Origin: Eledone cirrhosa
Taxonomy: Eukaryota
Length of the DNA: 64,000 bases
Direction of reading: 5' to 3'
Assembly (NCBI GenBank): GCA_964016885.1
Contig: OZ024741.1
Span: 119,102,001 to 119,166,000 of the forward strand
Position numbers and translations under genes: made by a program
The notes under the pieces: model-generated
What the model saw: the letters and a program-made list of their open reading frames with translations, nothing else
Databases searched by the model: none
Told to the model about the DNA's origin: nothing
Part shown: positions 54,914 to 64,000 of the stretch, one piece after another
How positions within the stretch are numbered: the first letter of the stretch is position 1
How the letters are laid out: each line of letters starts with the position of its first letter

Positions 54914-55313
54914 CATATATACATATATATATAAAATAAAATATTAAACAAATAATGAATAAACAATTTCTTATATTAAACAAAAAAAGTTCATTATTTA
55001 ACGATCGTTTCTAGGATATATATGTGTTAGAGTTGGCATGCATATTCAACAGATCTATGTACAAAATTATACAAAATTATACAAACTATCAAGATTAAAT
55101 ATACATACCAACACATATATACGCCGTCTTCATTACATTTCTTCTTTCCATGATATCCGGAATACATTGAGTTCTTCATACGGATTGGACACTACCGTAA
55201 ACTCTTGGTAGATTTATCTACATATATATATATATACATATATATATATACATATACATATATACATATACATATATATATATACATATATATATATACA
55301 TATATATATATAC

Positions 55314-55362
<49 letters not shown>

Positions 55363-55363
55363 C

Positions 55364-55398
<35 letters not shown>

Positions 55399-55403
55399 CA
55401 TAC

Positions 55404-55436
<33 letters not shown>

Positions 55437-55502
55437 CATATATAAATATATACATATATACATATATACATATATAAATATATACATATATAAATATATA
55501 CA

Positions 55503-55542
<40 letters not shown>

Positions 55543-55617
55543 CATATATACATAGATATATATATATACATATATAAATATATACATATATACATATATA
55601 CATATATAAATATATAC

Positions 55618-55660
<43 letters not shown>

Positions 55661-55850
55661 TACATATATATATACATATAAATACACATATACACATATA
55701 TATACACATATACACATATATATAGACATATACACATACATATACATATATACACACATATACACATATACACATACATATACACTTACATATATACATA
55801 CATATATATATATACATAAATATATATATTTACATACATATATATATACA

Positions 55851-55881
<31 letters not shown>

Positions 55882-55964
55882 ACATACATATATACATACA
55901 TATATATATATACATACATATATACATACATATATATATATATACATACATATACATATATACA

Positions 55965-55995
<31 letters not shown>

Positions 55996-56068
55996 ATACA
56001 TACATATATATATGTACATACATATATATATGTACATACATATATATATACATATATAAATATACATA
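53920..56068. repeat. Two compound (TA/TACA)n tracts (53920-54932, 55219-56068)
   Basis: Simple-sequence only; separated by an HHR-like remnant. Confidence 0.95.
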
Positions 56069-58492
56069 CAATGTAAAGGTGACACCAACAATTCTCTCGG
56101 ATCATAACTTGGTAGAGCTAATGATATGTGGTCCAAGAGAACCAACAGAGACAAAACCACCAAGAAGCTCCGGGACGCTATCCAGCCTTAACTTCTACGG
56201 GGCTGACTGGAAGAAGATTAAGAGTGAAATCCGGAAGCAAACATGGAGTGCAAACATCGCCACACAAGACACTAACACACAATTTCAACACTTCATGACG
56301 ATACACACCATATGCAAAAAGTGTGTCCCGGAGAAAGAGGCAAACAGACACAAAAATCTTATTCCCAGAGATAGGAAAATCCTTATGAGACGTAGAACTA
56401 AACTCTCAAACCAGTTGAATAGTCAACAAAACCAAAACAAGAAGGAATCCTATTTGAAACGTGCACTACTTGACACCGAGATTGCACTCAAGCTTTCACA
56501 TGAGAATGAGAGGGCAAGGAAAGAGAACAGGGCCATAGAAAACATTAAAACAAACCCTAAGGCCTTCTTTAAATTTGCAAAAGAAACTGCCTCAGTACAC
56601 TGCAAGATTGGACCACTCTTCCACACGGACGGTTCATTAACCGAAAATCCCCAAGAGATATGTGAAATACTGAACGAACAGTACAAAAGTGTCTTCACAT
56701 GTCCACTGAGGCACATGCAAATAACGAAGCCAGAGGAGTTCTTTGATGCCACAACACTACATCAAGAAATGGCAACCATCAACCACATAGACATAACGGA
56801 GGAGGATGTGGTGTACGCCATTGATGAAATTAGAACAGACTCGGCTGCTGGACCTGATGGATTCCCAGCAGTTCTCCTAAAAATATGTAAGCGGGCCTTA
56901 GCAACTCCACTGAAGATGCTCTTCAGAAGCTCCTTGGCTAGCGGTGTACTACCCAGGGAGCTGAAAGAAGGCACAATATGCCCTATCCATAAAGGAGGTA
57001 GTAGAGCGGAGGCCAAGAACTATAGGCCAGTCTCCCTGACGTCGCATATCAGTAAGGTCATGGAGCGAGTCGTCAGAAAGAAACTAATCACTTTCCTCGA
57101 AGAAAATGACCGCCTGACTAGCACGCAACATGGCTTCCGCCCAGGAAGAGGCTGCCTTACACAGCTGCTACATCACTACGACTGGGTACTGAGACAGCTA
57201 CTAGACAGCTCACATGTAGACGTGATATATCTTGACTTTGCGAAGGCCTTTGACAAGGTCGACCACGGAATGATATGTCACAAACTACACGGACTCGGCA
57301 TAACTGGAAAAGTAGGTGAGTGGCTGCATGGCTTCCTGAGGGACAGAAGCCAGGCAGTCGCAGCAAATGGGGCCCTCTCGAGGGAAACACCGATAACAAG
57401 TGGGGTGCCTCAGGGGACAGTCCTGGACCACTACTGTTTTTGGTGGCTCTCTCGGACATGCCCTCTGTGGTGCATGCAACAACATCCCTCACTAGCTATG
57501 CTGATGACACTAAGGTAGCACAGGCAATCAAAAACCCGGCTGACGCTGCCCTCTTACAGCAGGATCTGGATGCCATATACAGATGGGCGGAAGAAAACAA
57601 CATGCAGTTTAATGCTGGCAAATTCCAAGCCCTACAATACAAACCTGCAAACACAAACACAAATATAGCGGAACACAGCTACACAGGACCAGGAGGGACC
57701 GATATCCCCGTGTCAAAATCGATACGAGACCTGGGCATAGACATGAGCGATGATGCATCTTTTTCTTCACACATCATGAAGGTGGCGACAGCATGTAGAC
57801 GATTCGCTGGCTGGATCTTGAGGACTTTCCTTACAAGAGATCGAGACACCATGTTGACACTGTGGAGGACTTTTGTCCTAAGCCGCCTGGACTACTGCTC
57901 CCAGCTGTGGTCACCCCATAGTGTCAAACTAACCACAGAGCTTGAGGCAATCCAGCGAAGCTACACCAAGAGGATTGCCAAGATGAGGGAGACAAGCTAC
58001 TGGGAGAGGCTGAAGGAACTGAACCTCTACTCCTTGGAGCGAAGACGGGAGAGATACGCAGTGATCTACATGTGGAAAATCCTGGAGGGACTAGCACCAA
58101 ACTTTGGCATTGGGAGCTGGACCAACCGTCGAACAGGACGTCACTGTGTGGTGCCAAAGGTCCCGTCTTCCACATCTAGAATAAGGAGCAGGTATTGCAA
58201 TAGCCTGGGATTCAAGGGCCCTCAACTCTTCAACAGGCTGCCGAGGCATCTGCGAGACTTGCATGACGTGGAGGTGGATGTCTTTAAGAAACATCTCGAC
58301 ACCTTGTTATCCAGGATCCCGGATGAGCCCACAGCAAGACACGAGGGAAACCTAAGGGCAACAGCAACAAACTCCCTCCTACACCAGTGGCCAACCTATA
58401 CAGGCTGGAGATAAAATGTGTAGCAACAAGGGCGGTGCCCCAGCATGGCCTCAGCCGGATGGCTGAAACAGGTAAAAGAGTAAAAGAGTAAT
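56069..58492 (+). mobile_element. 5'-truncated CR1-like LINE (end of APE, RT, C-terminus, 3' UTR)
   Basis: [39 protein letters not shown] and SLERRR motifs; one frameshift near 57425; tail GGTGCCCCAGCATGGCC...(GTAAAAGA)2. Confidence 0.92.
56079..58414 (+). pseudogene. LINE ORF2 reverse transcriptase, split by a 1-nt deletion
   Basis: ORFs 56079-57518 and 57320-58414 join at GVPQGTVL|GPLLF. Confidence 0.9.
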
Positions 58493-58755
58493 ACATATAC
58501 ATATATACATATACAAATATACATACATATACATATTAGATATACATACATATACATATATAAACATACATACATATACATATATAAACATACATACATA
58601 TACATATATATACATATATAAATATACATACATATACATATATATAAATATACATACATATACAAATACACATACATATACAAATATACATACATATACA
58701 AATATACATACATATACATATATAAATATACATATATAAATATACATACATATAC

Positions 58756-58792
<37 letters not shown>

Positions 58793-58831
58793 CAAACATA
58801 TATATATATATATACATACATACATATAGAC

Positions 58832-58865
<34 letters not shown>

Positions 58866-58973
58866 ACATATATATATACATACATAAATATATACATACA
58901 TATATATATATACATATATATACATACATATATATATATATATACATATATATACATACATATATATATATAC

Positions 58974-59012
<39 letters not shown>

Positions 59013-59054
59013 AATACATATATATATATATATACATACACATACATACATATA

Positions 59055-59221
59055 GTGGCTGCCAACTCGTTTTCGAGTACGGCCACTACTTTATATCCCC
59101 TACCGATGCACTGAACGAGTGTGACTTTTTAGTCCAGCCAGCGACTTGAAAACTCTGGTACAAACACTACACTTGTGACAATTATTGACACACAGTGCTG
59201 GGCCCATGGTACCATGTGACG
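59055..59221 (-). mobile_element. 3' fragment of the RTE-derived non-autonomous element
   Basis: Matches 17324-17500. Confidence 0.75.
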
Positions 59222-59312
59222 TTTCCACGAACCAAAGTATCGTCTTCCTGTCTTCCTCCGGTTGCAAACGTTTTTGAAATATCCAGTTCTGTGTTTACAG
59301 ATTGACTTTGTT

Positions 59313-59363
59313 AGTTTCAGAAGATCCCGTTAAGGGTGAAAGCAGCGATTCTTTGCTTAAACT
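59313..59363 (+). ncRNA. Variant hammerhead-like motif (CAGAAGA core)
   Basis: AGUUU-CAGAAGA-U CCC GUUAA GGG U-GAA-AGCAG CGAUUCU UUGCU-U-AAACU. Confidence 0.65.
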
Positions 59364-59473
59364 TTAATCTGTTATTTTAATAAATATTTGCTCTACGGTT
59401 CTTATATATTTGATATATATTTATCCTTATCGAGCCCTCTTTGGATTTTAGTCTTCAAATTTATTATTATGAC

Positions 59474-60143
59474 TATATATATATCTATATATATATATAT
59501 ATATATATCTATATATATATATATATCTATATCTATATATATATCTATATCTATATATATATCTATATCTATATCTATATATATATCTATATCTATATAT
59601 ATATCTATATCTATATATATATATCTATATCTATATATCTATATATATATCTATATCTATATCTATATATATATATCTATATATATATCTATATATATAT
59701 CTATATCTATATCTATATATATATATCTATATATATATCTATATATATATCTATATCTATATATATATCTATATCTATATATATATCTATATCTATATCT
59801 ATATCTATATATATCTATATCTATATATATATCTATATCTATATATATATATCTATATATATATATATATCTATATATATATATATATATCTATATATAT
59901 ATATCTATATATATATATATATCTATATATATATATATATCTATATATATATATATATATCTATATATATATATCTATATATATATATATATCTATATAT
60001 ATATATATATCTATATATATATATATCTATATATATATATATCTATATATATATATCTATATATATATATATATCTATATATATATATCTATATATATAT
60101 ATATATATATATCTATATATATATATATATATCTATATATATC

Positions 60144-60175
<32 letters not shown>

Positions 60176-60181
60176 TATATA

Positions 60182-60212
<31 letters not shown>

Positions 60213-60292
60213 CTATATCTATATATATATATGTATGTATATATATATGTATATATATATATATATATGTATGTATATATATATGTATATAT

Positions 60293-60333
<41 letters not shown>

Positions 60334-60335
60334 TA

Positions 60336-60374
<39 letters not shown>

Positions 60375-60409
60375 ATATCTATATATATATATGTATGTAT
60401 ATATATATG

Positions 60410-60442
<33 letters not shown>

Positions 60443-60502
60443 ATATATATATATATATGTATGTATATATATATATATATGTATGTATATATATATATAT
60501 AT

Positions 60503-60542
<40 letters not shown>

Positions 60543-60671
60543 ATATATATATATGTATGTATATATATATATATATTTATATATATGAGGGTGTTAAAGT
60601 TTGCTTGAAGCATTATGAAATATGTAAACTATGTAGTTTAGAAAGCCACAACATTGCAGATGGGAAATGTA

Positions 60672-60740
<69 letters not shown>

Positions 60741-60813
60741 ATATCTATATATATATCTATATCTATATATATATGTATGTATATATCTATATCTATATCT
60801 ATATATATATATC

Positions 60814-60850
<37 letters not shown>

Positions 60851-60855
60851 CTATG

Positions 60856-60886
<31 letters not shown>

Positions 60887-61153
60887 CTATGTATATATAT
60901 CTATATATATATCTATATGTATATATATATCTATGTATATATATATCTATGTATATATATATGTATATATATCTATATGTATATCTATCTATCTATATAT
61001 ATATGTATATATATCTATATGTATATCTATCTATCTATATATATATATCTATCTATCTATCTATATATATATATCTATCTATATATATATCTATCTATAT
61101 ATATATATATATCTATATATATATGTATGTATATATATATATGTATATATATC

Positions 61154-61210
<57 letters not shown>

Positions 61211-61441
61211 ATATATATATGTATGTATGTATATATATATGTATATATATCTATATATATATATATGTATATATATATATGTATATACATATATATATAT
61301 GTATATATATATGTATATATGTAACTATATATCTATATATATATATGTATATATATCTATGTATATATATCTATATATATATATATATATACATATATAT
61401 GTATATATATATGTATATATGTAACTATACATCTATATATC

Positions 61442-61472
<31 letters not shown>

Positions 61473-61483
61473 GTAACTATATA

Positions 61484-61579
<96 letters not shown>

Positions 61580-61674
61580 GTATATATACATATATATATA
61601 TATGTATATATACATATATATATATATGTATATATACATATATATATATATGTATATATATATATGTATATATG

Positions 61675-61717
<43 letters not shown>

Positions 61718-61760
61718 CTCTCTCTCTCTATATATATATATATGTATATATATCTATATA

Positions 61761-61793
<33 letters not shown>

Positions 61794-61869
61794 GTATATA
61801 TATATATATGTATATATGTAACTATATATATATATATGTATATATATCTATATATATATATGTGTATAT
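59474..61869. repeat. ~2.4-kb compound (TA/TATC/TATG)n tract
   Basis: Simple sequence, interrupted by a pLTR fragment at 60587-60670. Confidence 0.95.
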
Positions 61870-64000
61870 ACCAAAACAATTAAAACCATCCACTCTCGCC
61901 TCTACATTTTTGCTTAACGCCCAAGGCATCAGCCCTTCCACCAATACTCAAAAATGGAAGATCAAATTCCTGGAGGACTGGATTGATGTCCATCCAAACC
62001 ACATCCCTTTCTTCGTCCTCACTGAAACCCATCTCAGTAACCTCCACTTGGAAGCCGAGGTGAAAGTGAAAAATTTCAAAGCCATCCGTGCTGACAGAAG
62101 AAAGGGCGGGACTGCCATTTGTGTCCATAATTCTTTCTCAACAGAGGCTATGAACATATTCACTAATGGATACTGCGAAGCAGTCACTGTATTCAGTCAA
62201 ACCAACAACCTAATAGTAGTTGGGCTCTATAGGCCACTCCAAACGCCTGTACCATGCTTCAAGGAATGCCTCAACAGCATAAAGTGTTTCATCCAAGAGT
62301 GTCACCCTGACAACATCTTAATGATGGGGGACTTCAACCTCCCCGGAGTTGACTGGCCCACAAACAGCCTGCCACCAGGTTCTTCTGCCTCAACCTCTGA
62401 CAGGGAAGCAGTGGAATCGCTTCTTGACTTCATGGATGATTTCTTCCTATCCCAACTGGTGCTCGAACCAACGAGGTGCCACAAAAACGTCCTAGACTTA
62501 ATTTTCAGCAATCACACTGACAATATCCACAATATTGCAGTGGAGAAAACTCTACTCTCTGATCATGACATGGTTCTCTGTGATCTGAGATTCCACCGTC
62601 CAATATACAAACCCAATGTCATCTCTCCTGTCCATCCGTTTGACGCTATGGATTTCCACAATGCAAACTGGGAAGCGATCAGTCATGATCTTGCACATGT
62701 CGACTGGTCCTTCACACACACTCATACACCCACTAACATCAAAAAGTCCTGGCAGACATTTGTGGACACTGTTACAAACATATGTGCAAAACACACCCCA
62801 TTAAGAACTATAAACAAATCTAAGAGCAGAATCCCTAGAAATAGAAAAACGCTCATCAGAAAAATTAAGAGAACGAACAAAAAAAATCAACAAGCTGAAA
62901 TACTGTCAGCAGCAACACATCAACTTGACTGACATTTCATCCCTAGAGATTAAAAAACATAACCTCCAAAACAACATAATGTCTCTCATCAACAATCAGA
63001 GAAGAGCTGAAGAGGCCTGGGCCATTGAGAAGATCAAACTCAATCCCAAAGTGTTCTTTTCATTTGCAAAAAAACACAAAATCACTGGCTCTACTGTTGG
63101 CCCTCTAATTGATGAAAATGGCACTCTTCAAGACAATGCTAAAACCATGGGTGAGATACTGCAGAAACAATACTGCTCTGTTTTCAGCAATCCTGATATG
63201 GCCGATCTGGGCTGTATTGGCGATGTTACTCCCCATTACACCTTATCGGACATAACGTTTGGCGCCCCTGATGTCTTAGCGGCAATAAAGGAAATCAAGC
63301 ATAATTCAGCAGTAGGTCCCGATAGGTTCCCTGCTTGTGTCTTGAAGGCGTGTTAACACCAACTTGCATCTCCTCTTGCCAATCTGTGGCGGAACTCACT
63401 GGATGCTGGATATGTGCCAGAAAACCTATCCCAGTCTGTTGTCCCAGTTTTCAAAAAAGGAAACAAATCCCTTGCCGTGAATTACCGTCCAATCTCACTC
63501 ACCTCTCATATCATTAAGGTATTTGAGAGAGTGGTGAGATCGCGAATGACCCACTTCCTTGAGAGGAACAATATGTTGAACTCCAACCAGCATGGATTCC
63601 GTAATGGAAGGGATTGCCTGACGCAGCTACTGCATCACTTTGATGACATTTTGAGAGCCTTGGGAGAGGGTTCCAACACTGATGTTATCTACCTTGATTT
63701 CAGCAAGGCCTTTGACAGGGTTGATCATAATATTCTACTGAGAAAACTGTCCAATATTGGTGTCACTGGAAAGCTGCTGCAGTGGATCAAGAGCTTCCTG
63801 TCAAACAGAACCCAACATGTTGTAGTCGAAGGAGTCAAATCCAGCCCAGCCAAAGTCAGTAGTGGGGTTCCACAAGGCACTGTGTTGGGCCCACTTCCCT
63901 TCATCATCTATATTAATGACATCACTGACATCATCAAACACAGCAACATTAAAATTTTCGCTGATGATTCCAAGCTCCAAAAGGTCATCAATGGCGTGGA
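61870..64000 (+). pseudogene. CR1-like LINE ORF2 (APE plus RT), runs off the window
   Basis: LNAQG, LTETHL, YRP, MGDFNLP, LDL, SDH, GPD, NYRPISLTS, YLDFSKAFD, GVPQG and FADD motifs; frameshifts near 62880, 63355 and 63420. Confidence 0.92.

Noticed and set aside
61463-61869. N-terminal extension of the 489-aa ORF
   Set aside because: Microsatellite read-through; LINE sequence starts at ~61870.

Overview
AT-rich, repeat-saturated eukaryotic DNA, almost certainly intergenic or intronic. The repeat complement (TA/CA microsatellites, tRNA-derived SINEs, RTE and CR1-like LINEs) looks like an Octopus/cephalopod genome; this is inference. I find no host protein-coding exon, and nearly all listed ORFs are microsatellite artefacts. 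Real coding remnants are all transposon-derived: a 5'-truncated Penelope-like element (PLE) with RT thumb and GIY-YIG endonuclease (43202-43900), two CR1-like LINEs (56069-58492; 61870 to window end), several RTE LINE fragments and a hATm-like transposase C-terminus. Helitrons, MITEs and dozens of SINEs are also present. The most striking signal is about 10 hand-folded minimal type I hammerhead ribozymes (HHRs) with a canonical CUGANGA...GAAA...UH core, plus about 10 variant or half copies. They come from at least 8 unrelated short non-coding families. Most sit in (TA)n tracts, and many have the PLE-like layout of an inverted copy of the 3' end placed at the 5' side. All folds and coordinates were derived by eye; boundaries are approximate except where TSDs or motifs are quoted.
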